From the IMG/VR virus record IMGVR_UViG_3300046665_000548, positions 372,001-436,000 of that record: a stretch of 64,000 nucleotides of DNA; one strand, written 5' to 3'. The notes beneath the pieces are model-generated. The model had not been told where the DNA came from. It saw nothing but the letters and a program-made list of their open reading frames with translations, and did no database searches. Positions 1-9,378 of this stretch are shown here, piece by piece (position 1 is the stretch's first letter; each line of letters starts with the position of its first letter). Both the position numbers and the translations under genes were made by a program.

Positions 1-257
1 ACGAGCGACACGCCAGTATAAGTGACGCCTTCGCCTTGTTGCCTTAGCCAGCCATATTCCCCGAATTGCTTAAAGCCGTCCGACAGGCAATTTTGCAGCG
101 CCGGATAATCAATCCAGCCTCCGTCAAATTCGATGATGTCTGGATACTTGCGGCCCGGAACGCACGAATCCATGCGTTCAACGAAATCAGTATTGGCTTT
201 GAGATAGTCTGCTACGGTGTACTTGTCTGGAATGTCTTTGGTGTAGACCTTGAACAT
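1..257 (-). CDS. Hypothetical protein, runs off the window edge (MFKVYTKDIPDKYTVADYLK...)
   Basis: Manually translated open frame from ATG at 257 to the window edge, 9 nt downstream of the 267..515 gene. Not in the ORF track. Confidence 0.6.
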   Translation of the reverse strand, partial: MFKVYTKDIPDKYTVADYLKANTDFVERMDSCVPGRKYPDIIEFDGGWIDYPALQNCLSDGFKQFGEYGWLRQQGEGVTYTGVSL

Positions 258-266
258 TATGGTTCC

Positions 267-515
267 TTAGAAGGGCATGCCGCCAGGAGGAGCCCCGCCC
301 TCGCCCTCAGGGGCACCGTACATAACGGCAAGTAAATCCTGCCGCTTTAGGTTCTCAAGCGTATCGAGCGCTCGCATCTTTTTAAGACGATTCACTTTGC
401 GCAGCGTAAGTTTTGGCTTACGGGTGTCGCCAAGCGTGCGAGAGGAGATACGATCCCTGGAGGGATCGTAATAAGCGGTGACGAGATCGTCTTGTGCTAG
501 CTCGAAGAGTTTCAT
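267..515 (-). CDS. Small conserved protein downstream of portal (possible head/prohead-associated protein)
   Basis: 82 aa with DTRKPKLTLRKVNRLKKMR motif; directly follows the portal gene; TAAATA lies 7 nt upstream of the ATG. Confidence 0.6.
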   Translation of the reverse strand: MKLFELAQDDLVTAYYDPSRDRISSRTLGDTRKPKLTLRKVNRLKKMRALDTLENLKRQDLLAVMYGAPEGEGGAPPGGMPF

Positions 516-528
516 GATGAACTATTTA

Positions 529-2334
529 TTAGCCCATCGCCGGTCCGCCGCCCGGTGGGGGCGGAGGAGCGGGAGCGCCGCCCGGAGCAGGAGGAGGAGC
601 ACCACCGGCAGCGGCAGGATCGCCACCCGGATCAGGCATTGCGGTTTCATCCGGCATTCCGAAATCATCCATTCCGCCGCCAGAGCGCATACCAATGGCA
701 CCCAGATCGGCTGCATTGTCGCTCTCGGCCGGGGTTGTGCCGGACACCTTCTTAAGCTTGGATGCGTTTTCTTCCTTCCATAGCGTTTCGTTCTCAAGCA
801 ATTCTTCCTCAGTGAGGTTCAAGAAACGCTTGAGTTTGAAGCGCTCGGCCAGCTTCTTGTTCTCCGCGACCATCTGATAAACCGAAGCCTGAGCGGCATC
901 GAGTTCGATCTGACGATACTTGGTGAAGTTCTGAGGAGGATTGAACTGAAGCTCGTACAGGTTGGAATCAACACTCACGCCGTTTTCACGTACGAAGCGT
1001 TTGAATTCCGCGTCGAATACTGGAGCCAACAGGGACTGCATTCGCATGCAATACTTGTTGAAACGGAACTCCTGGATCAGCGCAGCGCCGAGCTTGCCGT
1101 CGCTATATGCAACGTTGTTGCCGTCATCCTCACCGAGGGACAGATAGCTGGACGGAATACGAAGGCCGCGAGCCATCTTCTTAGTGAAGAAACTCAGATC
1201 GCCAATCTCTCCCAGATTGTCACCGCCAGCAAGCGTCTCAACCTTGGAGCCGCGACCTTCGGCTGATTGCGCGAAGAAATAGTCTTCCATGATGCTGAGC
1301 GGATTGTAGGCCGCGTCGAGAATGGAAGAACCACCACCGGTACGGTTTGGAATGCGGCGCTGATGAATTTCGTTCTTGATCGCCTGGATGTGAGCCTTGG
1401 CGCGAACGGGAGGCATATTTCCGACATCGATGTAGAAAATTCGGCGTTCAGGAGCGCGCTGAACTCGGTAGATGATAATAGCGTCTTCGAGCAATTCTTT
1501 CTGCTTGTACGTCTTGAAGATAGGCTCAAGGATCGAGGCACCGAATGGCCAGTTGATGTCCATGCCGACTGAAAGAGACAAATGCACCATGTGGTCGGCA
1601 TTCACGATCTGAACATCATCGACGCTCTGAGTTTGTCCAGGACGGTTTTGACGCTGATCGATGTGGGCTCCAGCCATCTGGAAGGAACCGCCCGTCACGC
1701 CCGCGCCGGAACGTGAGCCATAGGCATTGCTGCTACCAAGCGGAGTGAGACCGAACTGTGATGTATCGACCTTGTTCGTTGCGAACTTTGCTTGACGGTT
1801 CAGATCGAGACCACGAAGTAGATATTCGTCAGCTACCTTGCCGCGCTCTTCGTCTACTTTCACCATGAGAACAGAGTAGTGATCCACCCATAGCCATTCA
1901 AATGTCTCGGGGTCACGTAAGAAGAAGGCATCTCCGTTCTTGATGCAGGACCTGAACATGTACCAGAGACGTGACTTGAAATCGTTCAAGCGAACCCACT
2001 TTTCCATACAGGTCTTCAGCAACTTGACCTCAGTCTCGTTGGCTGTTTCGTCATAGTTGATCTGGAACGGGTTTTCGTTCTGCTCCTCCGACTGGGTGCA
2101 GAAGTCAGCGATAGTATCGAGCGCTGCGTTGATATCGGAGTCTCTATCCATATCGTCGTACTGATAGTAGCGCTGAATACGATTCGGATGACCAGCGTAT
2201 ACCTCGGGAAGATAGCTTGAATACTTGGAAGCAGTTCCTGCTCCGCCACCTTCGTCATTACCTTGGGACGAAACAGACGGTCCCTGGGATGACGATTGGT
2301 TGGGAACTACTCGAAAATGCTTCTTCCAAGACAT
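529..2334 (-). CDS. Portal protein (T4 gp20-like)
   Basis: Motifs YDDMDRDSDINAALD, LEDAIIIYRVQRAPERRIFYIDVGNMP, EDYFFAQSAEGRGSKVETLAGG and a Pro/Gly-rich tail; AGGAG SD upstream. Confidence 0.93.
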   Translation of the reverse strand: MSWKKHFRVVPNQSSSQGPSVSSQGNDEGGGAGTASKYSSYLPEVYAGHPNRIQRYYQYDDMDRDSDINAALDTIADFCTQSEEQNENPFQINYDETANETEVKLLKTCMEKWVRLNDFKSRLWYMFRSCIKNGDAFFLRDPETFEWLWVDHYSVLMVKVDEERGKVADEYLLRGLDLNRQAKFATNKVDTSQFGLTPLGSSNAYGSRSGAGVTGGSFQMAGAHIDQRQNRPGQTQSVDDVQIVNADHMVHLSLSVGMDINWPFGASILEPIFKTYKQKELLEDAIIIYRVQRAPERRIFYIDVGNMPPVRAKAHIQAIKNEIHQRRIPNRTGGGSSILDAAYNPLSIMEDYFFAQSAEGRGSKVETLAGGDNLGEIGDLSFFTKKMARGLRIPSSYLSLGEDDGNNVAYSDGKLGAALIQEFRFNKYCMRMQSLLAPVFDAEFKRFVRENGVSVDSNLYELQFNPPQNFTKYRQIELDAAQASVYQMVAENKKLAERFKLKRFLNLTEEELLENETLWKEENASKLKKVSGTTPAESDNAADLGAIGMRSGGGMDDFGMPDETAMPDPGGDPAAAGGAPPPAPGGAPAPPPPPGGGPAMG

Positions 2335-2429
2335 ACAATACTCCTAAAATACTCAACTTTTTCGAGTATACTTACAATACATTAGTAAAAACGAGACAAG
2401 ACTTCAATTTAAGTATGCCGAAGATAGTA

Positions 2430-5255
2430 TTACTCGCCACCAGACTGCGCTGTTCGCACTCCAGCGTCTCTGACTTCTTTTTTGAGACCAATGATAGCCG
2501 CCATCTGACCGTCGAATTGACTACGTGCGTCGCTGCGGCGGTTTTCCATCGATTGTGCTAATGATCCAATATTCTGGGCAAGCACACTCCTCGTGGCATT
2601 GATTTCGTCTGCTACTCCGTCGATCCGGCTTCCAACGTCGCCAACAGCTTGAGTCACTGGAGTAGCAGCACTGACGCGTTCCACCGCTCCGGCTACTTGC
2701 TGCCCAATGTCGCCGCCAATAGCGTTCGTGCGGCTTTCCTGCTGTGTTGCCGAGGTGTTACGTTCAACCGCGCCGCCTAGATAACGAAGTACGTTGCTGA
2801 CGCTCTCCATTTCTCTCGTGAGAGCGGGATCAACGGGCGCTCCGCCGCCCGCGTCACGTCTCTTTGTGAGATTAACAAGCTCTTTTTGCAGGATGAACAC
2901 CTGTTCTTCGGTCGATAATCCTCGAAGCACTCCGCCCATCACTGTATTCAACGCAGCAAGTTGATTACCCAACATTTGGTTCGAACCAACGATGGCAGAT
3001 GCCCCGGTATCACGGGGCAATCCGGCCTCATATGATTCTACCTGTCTAATTGTTCGTTGCTGTTGTGCTCGGCCCATTGCCTCATTGGTTGCTTGCTGTG
3101 CAGCATCGGCTCGCTTGTTGGCAATATCCAATGCATCGTTCACGTTTCTCAGAGCGTTTTTCTGCGCGTCGATGGCGTTTTGATTGCGGAGATTTTCACT
3201 CACACTTTCGAGACGAACGATGTCCTGTTGAATACTCTGGCGCTGACTGGCGAGACTAGCCGCCTGTTTGTCGGCCAAAATCTTTTCCAGATAAGCGTTT
3301 TCGGCTGCTCTCTCTTGCTTGAGTGCTTCGATTCTGCCTTGAAGTTCGTTGATCTTGCTCTGGTTGCCTGCTCCCTGCGCTCGGGACAATTCGCCTTCAA
3401 GCATGTTCATTTGCTGGCGAATTTGATCTAGCTTTGCGCGATGTGGGCCTTCGTCTTCATTGAGCCCGCTTCTTGCCACAAGCGTCATTGCACCAATGCC
3501 AGCCGCGATAGCCGCAAGTGCTGGTGCTCCTAAGATTCCGACAAGACTGCTGAGCGCGGATGCAAGTATCCCGAAGACGCCCGAACCTCCGCCGATCAGT
3601 CCAAGTGCTCCGAAGGCTAGCTTTAGTCCCATAAGGCCGCCGACAACGGCTAGAATGGTCCCGCCGTGTGACTCCAGCTTGTCCGCAAGCCATCCGATAC
3701 CATTGGCGGCTTTTGTTATTCCCTTGAGTAAAGATTCGGTCGCTGTAGCAACGTCCTGTGCAAAGTTTCCGGAGAATGTTGCGCCGAAAAGTTTGAAAAT
3801 AGACGAAGCCGCTCCACTGAGAGCCTGCTCAAGTTTCTGAAGACCGCCGCTACCTCTGAAGCTCTCGAAGCCTTTCATGACTGCGGTCATACCGCTTTCC
3901 ATCATGCCGTACATCTTCAGACGAATATCACCGGTCGCCCTGAGCCAAAGGTCTTCGAAACTTGCCGCCGCCGCAGTGAGCTTGGCCCGCGAATCTGCCA
4001 TCAGCGCGATATTCCTGGCATCTTCCTGCTGCTTGGCCGTGATCACCCTCTCCATTGCGGGTCCCATAGAGGCCAATTGTTGCCCAGTAGAATCCATTAG
4101 TCGCAACGCGGGTGCAAGCTGGGACATGGTATTGCCGAGAAGAACTCGATAATCCGCGAGGGCTTTTTTGTTCGATTCCGTGGGTGACTTCATGGCTTGT
4201 TCCATCAAATCGCGAAGATGGAAAACCATGTCAGTCATACCGTGATCCATCATGTCCTTGGCCGGACCCGATTGGATCATGCCCGGATTGTCCATGTGCC
4301 CGGCTACCTGAGTAGTCAACTTGGTGAGGAATTGTCCTGCCTCTCCTCCCAGGGCCGCAAACTGTGGAGTAACGTAGTTCATCATTTCATCGAACTTACG
4401 TTTCATATCGTCCGATAGAGTTTCCCTATACGAAACAACTCCAGCATCTCGCTGAGAAGCAGCCGTTTGCTTTAGAATCTCTTCACGGCTAGTGCCAAAC
4501 GCTTGTGACAGGATTGATGCGTTAGTGGCCAGCTTAGAAATCTGCTCAGCCGCCGCTACGCGGCTCGTCATTTCGAGTCGGCCCTGCACCCGCATGGTTT
4601 CAGTATAGTCACCGATATAGTCATTGATTTGCGAGACGGTCATGCCGAGCATATTGAAATCTTGCAAATTTCTTCGTACGCCCGTGGCAAGACCGAGGAA
4701 ACCGCTAGGACCTCCAAGTTGCGACATTGCGGCCGAATTTTTCTGAGTAACGCGTACCAGTTCTCCCATGGTAACGCCGCCAGCCGCTGCTGCTTTGCCC
4801 ATGTCCTGCATGCCGCCAACGAAACCTTGACCGGCGTCGTTCATCTTTCGATAGTTGTCCAGCATCGACGTGCCGTAATCAACTAATTGGCCAACGATAG
4901 AACCGAGGAACGATCCCTTAGCGAGACCCTTTAAGGCGTTAAGAGCGCCGTCTGATCCTTCGCCAAGCAGCTTCAACTTTCCAGAAACGGTATCAACGCT
5001 TCGGTTGAAACCCGAACGGGCGTCATCCAACATACTGTTGACAGTACGACGTTGCTGATTTGCCGCCATGTCTTGTTTGTCGTTGTATTCCTTCAGCCCC
5101 TTCATGAAGCTGTCGAAGCTGCCGCCGCCTAGGCCACCTCCGCCGCCTCCATTAGCGATAGAGCGCGCGACGCCGCCCCATATCTGGTTGCCGCGCTGCA
5201 TTTCGGCTAGGAGCCGAGACCATTGATGTTCCGAAGGTGTGTTGTCGTCAGACAT
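2430..5255 (-). CDS. Tail tape measure-like protein
   Basis: 941 aa, Ala/Gly/Gln-rich and helical, with a hydrophobic central segment and coiled coil; lies divergent to the gp26-like chaperone gene. Confidence 0.75.
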   Translation of the reverse strand: MSDDNTPSEHQWSRLLAEMQRGNQIWGGVARSIANGGGGGGLGGGSFDSFMKGLKEYNDKQDMAANQQRRTVNSMLDDARSGFNRSVDTVSGKLKLLGEGSDGALNALKGLAKGSFLGSIVGQLVDYGTSMLDNYRKMNDAGQGFVGGMQDMGKAAAAGGVTMGELVRVTQKNSAAMSQLGGPSGFLGLATGVRRNLQDFNMLGMTVSQINDYIGDYTETMRVQGRLEMTSRVAAAEQISKLATNASILSQAFGTSREEILKQTAASQRDAGVVSYRETLSDDMKRKFDEMMNYVTPQFAALGGEAGQFLTKLTTQVAGHMDNPGMIQSGPAKDMMDHGMTDMVFHLRDLMEQAMKSPTESNKKALADYRVLLGNTMSQLAPALRLMDSTGQQLASMGPAMERVITAKQQEDARNIALMADSRAKLTAAAASFEDLWLRATGDIRLKMYGMMESGMTAVMKGFESFRGSGGLQKLEQALSGAASSIFKLFGATFSGNFAQDVATATESLLKGITKAANGIGWLADKLESHGGTILAVVGGLMGLKLAFGALGLIGGGSGVFGILASALSSLVGILGAPALAAIAAGIGAMTLVARSGLNEDEGPHRAKLDQIRQQMNMLEGELSRAQGAGNQSKINELQGRIEALKQERAAENAYLEKILADKQAASLASQRQSIQQDIVRLESVSENLRNQNAIDAQKNALRNVNDALDIANKRADAAQQATNEAMGRAQQQRTIRQVESYEAGLPRDTGASAIVGSNQMLGNQLAALNTVMGGVLRGLSTEEQVFILQKELVNLTKRRDAGGGAPVDPALTREMESVSNVLRYLGGAVERNTSATQQESRTNAIGGDIGQQVAGAVERVSAATPVTQAVGDVGSRIDGVADEINATRSVLAQNIGSLAQSMENRRSDARSQFDGQMAAIIGLKKEVRDAGVRTAQSGGE

Positions 5256-5275
5256 TATTTTCTCTTGTTTCGGAA

Positions 5276-5319
5276 TATTTATGCCTCCGATAAGATGGGC
5301 GTTTATTCGACAATAAATA
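5276..5319. promoter_or_regulatory. Divergent T4-type late promoter pair (TAAATA at 5276-5281 minus, 5314-5319 plus)
   Basis: One TAAATA on each strand, between the tape measure gene and the gp26-like gene. Confidence 0.6.
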
Positions 5320-5351
5320 ACCGACTATTACTCACCACCAAAGGGTGCCGA

Positions 5352-6284
5352 ATGACTAAGAGAGTTGATGATCTCGAAGACGAATTTTCAGAAGACGAGC
5401 TTTTTACGCCACAGCCGCCACGTCGTGCTGCTGCTCCGCAGGGAGGCGGAAATCCACTCGCCAAGTATTTCAGAATGCCTGGAGTACATATTGCGCTGCC
5501 GACAAAGGGAGCGTTCTATCCGCCGGGGATGATTGAGTTCACCGACTCGCACGAACTGCCCGTGCTACCAATGCGCGCCGCTGACGAAATTCTAATGAAA
5601 TCCCCTGATGCTCTTATGAGCGGATACGCGTTGGAAAAGCTTATCGAAAGCTGTGTTCCGTCGATCAAGAACCCAAAGCTGGTATCTACCCCAGACCTTG
5701 ACGTTCTGCTGCTCGCGATCCGAGTTGCTTCTTACGGCAACAAGATGGGCGTGGAAACTACTTGCCCAAAATGCAAGACCGAGAATTCTTTCGATTGCGA
5801 TCTTCCTAGCATCATTGCTTCTATGACCGATGTGCCTAGCGAAATTTCAGTCCGTCTCACGTCTGAAATCGTCGCTTACCTACGTCCGTTCAATCTGAAA
5901 AATGCTACGAAGATGTCTCTTATAGCTTTCGAGCAGACTAGGAAGCTTCAATCACTCGACCTTGGAGCAGAAGAAGCCACGCGTATTCGCTCCATCAATG
6001 AAAGCTACGACACTTTGACCAAAGAGAATGTCGCGGCTGCGGCTGATTGTGTGATCAAGGTCGTAGTTCCAGAAGGCGCAGTTACTGATAAGAAATCCAT
6101 TTCAGAGTTCATTATGGGAGCGCCATCAGATTTCATTAACAAGATCGATGATAAGCTGAGGGAGATCAACGCACTCGGTATCGATAGACGCATCAAGGTT
6201 AAGTGCCCGAACGAGGAATGTGGACACGATTGGGAAAGCGAAATTCAGTTCGATCCGACAACTTTTTTCGCTCGCGGCTCCTGA
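5352..6284 (+). CDS. Baseplate hub / tail assembly chaperone (T4 gp26-like)
   Basis: NPLAKYFR..HIALPTKG, ADEILMKSPDALMSG, DLDVLLLAIRVASYG, two CxxC-type motifs (CPKC, CPNEEC). Likely start MTKR at 5352. Confidence 0.75.
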   Translation: MTKRVDDLEDEFSEDELFTPQPPRRAAAPQGGGNPLAKYFRMPGVHIALPTKGAFYPPGMIEFTDSHELPVLPMRAADEILMKSPDALMSGYALEKLIESCVPSIKNPKLVSTPDLDVLLLAIRVASYGNKMGVETTCPKCKTENSFDCDLPSIIASMTDVPSEISVRLTSEIVAYLRPFNLKNATKMSLIAFEQTRKLQSLDLGAEEATRIRSINESYDTLTKENVAAAADCVIKVVVPEGAVTDKKSISEFIMGAPSDFINKIDDKLREINALGIDRRIKVKCPNEECGHDWESEIQFDPTTFFARGS

Positions 6285-6314
6285 GGTGTGAAACACCAGA
6301 AGCCGTTCAGGAGC
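6263..6314 (+). promoter_or_regulatory. Programmed -1 ribosomal frameshift element
   Basis: In-frame heptamer T TTT TTC (6263-6269), 7-nt spacer, stem GCTCCTGA (6277-6284)/TCAGGAGC (6307-6314) enclosing hairpin GGTGT-GAA-ACACC. Confidence 0.75.
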
Positions 6315-6502
6315 TTCTACACGACTATCGGTACGAATCTAGGGAACTAACCAAGCACATCACGCAACTGATGTGGTATATGCGGGGAAGCTTGACCCGC
6401 GAGGAGGCTTGGACTCTGAGCGTTGAAGAACGTAAAGAGATTATGAAATTGGTAGATGAACGAATCAAGCTCGTTGAAAAAACCGGTTTACCTTTACTTT
6501 AA
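6263..6502 (+). CDS. gp51-like / GT-like extension reached by -1 frameshift from the gp26-like gene
   Basis: The -1 frame is open from the slippery site to TAA at 6502 (FFRSRLLRCETPE...LMWYMRGSLTREEAWTLSVEER); no good independent start. Confidence 0.65.
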   Translation, partial: FFRSRLLRCETPEAVQELLHDYRYESRELTKHITQLMWYMRGSLTREEAWTLSVEERKEIMKLVDERIKLVEKTGLPLL

Positions 6503-6506
6503 CAAA

Positions 6507-6530
6507 AAACGGAGCCGAAAGGCTCCGTTT
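6507..6530. terminator. Intrinsic terminator hairpin between convergent genes
   Basis: AAACGGAGCC-GAAA-GGCTCCGTTT perfect hairpin; A-tract on the left gives a U-tail on the minus strand. Confidence 0.8.
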
Positions 6531-6533
6531 ATG

Positions 6534-6755
6534 TTAGAACTTACTGTCGCGGGTCTGTCCGCATCCGCCGAGACAACACCACTTTCCGTTGTTCATCCCG
6601 TAGTGTTCTTCTAGCAGCCACGACCCCTGATCGTGTTTACAACAGAGATCGCAAATCGTTGCGTGATTTTCATCGTAAAAATAGATGCCATCTCCCTTGC
6701 ACTTGGGACAATCTGCTTTTGCGTTCTCTTTAGCGTGGTCTAACTGATTACTCAC
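6534..6755 (-). CDS. Small Cys-rich, probably zinc-binding protein
   Basis: CPKCKGDG, CDLCC and WCCLGGCG motifs; probable GTG start at 6755 overlapping the upstream stop. Confidence 0.55.
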   Translation of the reverse strand: MSNQLDHAKENAKADCPKCKGDGIYFYDENHATICDLCCKHDQGSWLLEEHYGMNNGKWCCLGGCGQTRDSKF

Positions 6756-6912
6756 TATTTTTGAAATATCCGAGAGCTTGGACCGCGACAACGTTAATCG
6801 TCGCGAGACAAGCGAAGGCAATGATAAAAACCCATGACCCCGTAATCACAAAACCCGTGAGAATAGCGACCAGCAGGGTAATCCAAGCGGCTGAAAAGTT
6901 TGTCAAACGCAT
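6748..6912 (-). CDS. Small membrane protein (54 aa, MRLTNFSAAWITLLVAILTG...)
   Basis: Manually translated; long hydrophobic stretch; TAATG overlap with the stop of 6912..7715. Confidence 0.6.
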   Translation of the reverse strand: MRLTNFSAAWITLLVAILTGFVITGSWVFIIAFACLATINVVAVQALGYFKNSE

Positions 6913-7715
6913 TATTTCACTCGGTAAGTACGATTGTCGGTTCCTGCGCGAGCCATTTTCGTATCAGTGCCGATACGCTTCTTTGGCTTACGATGGCTGC
7001 TATCAATCTTTCGAAGCAGATACATTGATGTTTCCTGGCTCAGTTCGATTGTCCACTGACCTGGGTTGGTGCCGTCATCGTCATCCCGCAACGTAACGTA
7101 ATTCCAACTGGTTGTTGGAGCCGAAATGTGAAGAGGGGTTCGAATGTAAGGCAGTCCAATCGCCATCCGCCCATCCTTAGTAGCTGTAACCAGAGCAGAC
7201 TTTGGAAGCTGGAGATGGCGCTTGTTTCGCGGCTCAAGCTGCGTGACCGTCTCCAAGGCAAACTTGTAGACCTGATCTTCTCGGTTTTGAGGATTTGCGA
7301 TATGAGCCGACTGCTCGCGCGCGTGACGTAGCATTTCAACTGCTAGTCCACGCCGTACCGATGGATCGATGCTCGATACCGAACGAGCGATATCGAATAG
7401 AAGCATCGTTCTCGTATCGATGGCAGACTTGCCGTCCTTGAAAAGAAGATCGGCATAAGGCTTGAACCGAGCAGGAAGATCGTCTTCCTTCAATGAACGC
7501 ACATCCGCGTAACTCTGCGCGACCTCACCAAACAGGCTTTCAAGCCGGTTGGTCATGGCGGCAAAGGTTTCAGGCATGGTTCTCATCGGTCCACCGAACC
7601 CGGCAACCAAAGCATTAAAGTAATGCATCTCCTGGGAGATGTATTGACGGAGACGAAGCGTGTCGGCGGCGGGCAATGTGACGCGCGCTGTCCAACTAGA
7701 AGATCGAAGGGACAT
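6912..7715 (-). CDS. Hypothetical protein with weak resemblance to the TnpB/Cas12f N-terminal lobe
   Basis: 267-aa ORF; the resemblance is a by-eye pattern only. Confidence 0.5.
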   Translation of the reverse strand: MSLRSSSWTARVTLPAADTLRLRQYISQEMHYFNALVAGFGGPMRTMPETFAAMTNRLESLFGEVAQSYADVRSLKEDDLPARFKPYADLLFKDGKSAIDTRTMLLFDIARSVSSIDPSVRRGLAVEMLRHAREQSAHIANPQNREDQVYKFALETVTQLEPRNKRHLQLPKSALVTATKDGRMAIGLPYIRTPLHISAPTTSWNYVTLRDDDDGTNPGQWTIELSQETSMYLLRKIDSSHRKPKKRIGTDTKMARAGTDNRTYRVK

Positions 7716-7755
7716 AAAGTATTCCTCGAAATAAAAAAGGTGTTAATTCCGCCAA

Positions 7756-7763
7756 TATAAATA
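7756..7763 (+). promoter_or_regulatory. T4-type late promoter TATAAATA
   Basis: Exact T4 late consensus, 5 nt upstream of ATG 7769; no SD. Confidence 0.7.
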
Positions 7764-7768
7764 GAAAC

Positions 7769-8500
7769 ATGTACTACGTCTACATATTACGCGATCCACG
7801 CGACGGAAGCCCTTTCTATGTTGGTAAAGGAAAAGGTCACCGATATTCAAACCATTGGCGATGGAACTCTTCTCGTGGCGGAAACGAGTTCAAAGATCGG
7901 GTGATCGCAAAAATTTTGGAAGCCGGTCTAGAGCCAGTATGCGAACTGCATGTGAATGAGATCACGTCTGAGGAAGAAGCGTATCGCATCGAAGAAGAAC
8001 TCATCAAGAGTATCGGACGGCGCGGAAAAGAGCCAGAAGGTTGTCTTACAAACATCTGTTTAGAAACGGGCAAACCGCCTTCTCGATTTGGCTCGGAAAA
8101 CGGCTTTTTCGGCCACCATCATTCCGAGGATAACAAAAAGCTGTTTTCGTCCAATGCGAAGAAGCAGTTTCTAGGCAAACGACAAACTCCTGAGCACATT
8201 GCCAAGAGAGTGGCGAACTTCGACAGAGAAGCAGCCCGCCAACGTCGCGTCAGGTTCAATCAAAGCGAGAAAATGAGGGCGGTGACCGCGAAGACAAATG
8301 TACAAAAGGGTCGAGCGAAAACGCTGAGAAATGTCATGCGTAAATTGGAAGATCACAAGGCTGTACTACACAGCAAAGAAGTTGGGTTCTCTGTAAGCGA
8401 AACCAGAAAACAGCTAAACTTGCCTTACATGTTTGTATGGCAGATTTTTCAGCGACCTGACTACTATTTTGAACTCATCAAGGAGGCAGATGCCAAGTAA
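7769..8500 (+). mobile_element. GIY-YIG (LEM-3-like) homing endonuclease with NUMOD3-like repeats
   Basis: YYVYILRDPRDGSPFYVGKGKGHR, EEEAYRIEEELI, LTN motif, and GSENGFFGHHHSEDNKK / GKRQTPEHIAKR repeats. Confidence 0.85.
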
Positions 8501-9005
8501 AAGTAAAAGTAAAGGTAATGGAGCAGAACGAGAGTTATGTAAGTATCTTGGTGAAGTATTCGATGGGTCGTTCACCCGAGTGCCCAACTCAGGGAGTTTT
8601 GTTGGAGGAAAGAACGCGTTTCGTAGCGGATTTCTGAGCACCACCCAGTCGAAAATATACAAAGGGGATATCATCGCGCCAGACCACATGCCGAAACTCG
8701 TGCTTGAATCCAAGTTCTATAAAGATTTCAGGTTTCATCAATTTCTTCAGCCCGGCCCGGTACCGCAGCTAGAAGAATGGATTAAGCAGTGCCTTGACGC
8801 AGGAGAGGACGGTGATCTCTGGTTGATCTGTTTCAAAATCAACCTACGCGGCTGGTTCGTTGTTGTCCCTGAGGAACAAGCGAATGATTTCGTCTTCACG
8901 AACTATTCAGTCTATGTTGGTGGCCAGTACGGAAAATATCGGATCACCGATCTGAAAGAGTTCTGTTCAAACAACAAGGATGCTGTCCTTCGACTGTCAG
9001 CATGA
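8490..9005 (+). CDS. Holliday junction resolvase (Hjc-like PD-(D/E)xK nuclease)
   Basis: SKGNGAERE..RVPNSG..KGDII..VLESKFYK; AGGAGG SD before ATG 8490. Confidence 0.8.
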   Translation: MPSKSKSKGNGAERELCKYLGEVFDGSFTRVPNSGSFVGGKNAFRSGFLSTTQSKIYKGDIIAPDHMPKLVLESKFYKDFRFHQFLQPGPVPQLEEWIKQCLDAGEDGDLWLICFKINLRGWFVVVPEEQANDFVFTNYSVYVGGQYGKYRITDLKEFCSNNKDAVLRLSA

Positions 9006-9011
9006 AGTCTA

Positions 9012-9341
9012 ATGGGTTTCCAAACCAGGAACATCGGTTGGTCTAGAAGAGTGCGCGCGAAGGTTTCTCCGCGCGCCGCCGAGGGCTATAAGTTCGAGGT
9101 ACGATTTAGAACCACCTATAAGTGGCGAAAGAATAAGACCGAGGTGATGCAGGAAATTCTGGATATAGTCCGATCCAGTTTCGGCAAATACAAAATCACC
9201 AAAAATGGCAAGAAAGTGCATCGTACACATTACACCGTGTACCTCGGGTCAGAGTCCGACCTGTTGATGCTGCGCATGGCTGATCGAGAAAACCTCGTTT
9301 TCCGGGTTTATAGCCTTTCTGAAAAACGCTTGACGGATTGA
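9012..9341 (+). CDS. Hypothetical basic protein, divergent member of the small C-terminal-motif family
   Basis: VYLGSESDLLMLRMA near the C-terminus. Confidence 0.55.
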   Translation: MGFQTRNIGWSRRVRAKVSPRAAEGYKFEVRFRTTYKWRKNKTEVMQEILDIVRSSFGKYKITKNGKKVHRTHYTVYLGSESDLLMLRMADRENLVFRVYSLSEKRLTD

Positions 9342-9357
9342 TAATCTCTGGTAGGAT
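9330..9357 (+). promoter_or_regulatory. Sigma70-like early promoter (TTGACG-N13-TGGTAGGAT)
   Basis: -35 TTGACG and extended -10 TGnTAGGAT upstream of 9379; the same TTGACG-N13-TGGTA arrangement occurs at 36383. Confidence 0.5.
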
Positions 9358-9378
9358 ACTTCTTAACAGGAGTGATCT

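Noticed and set aside
529-680. GC-rich GGC/GGA repeats at the portal 3' end
   Set aside because: Explained by the Pro/Gly/Ala low-complexity tail of the portal protein.
6203-6262. Independent start of the gp51-like ORF at 6203
   Set aside because: No SD, and it overlaps conserved gp26-like coding sequence; the frameshift entry explains the ORF better.
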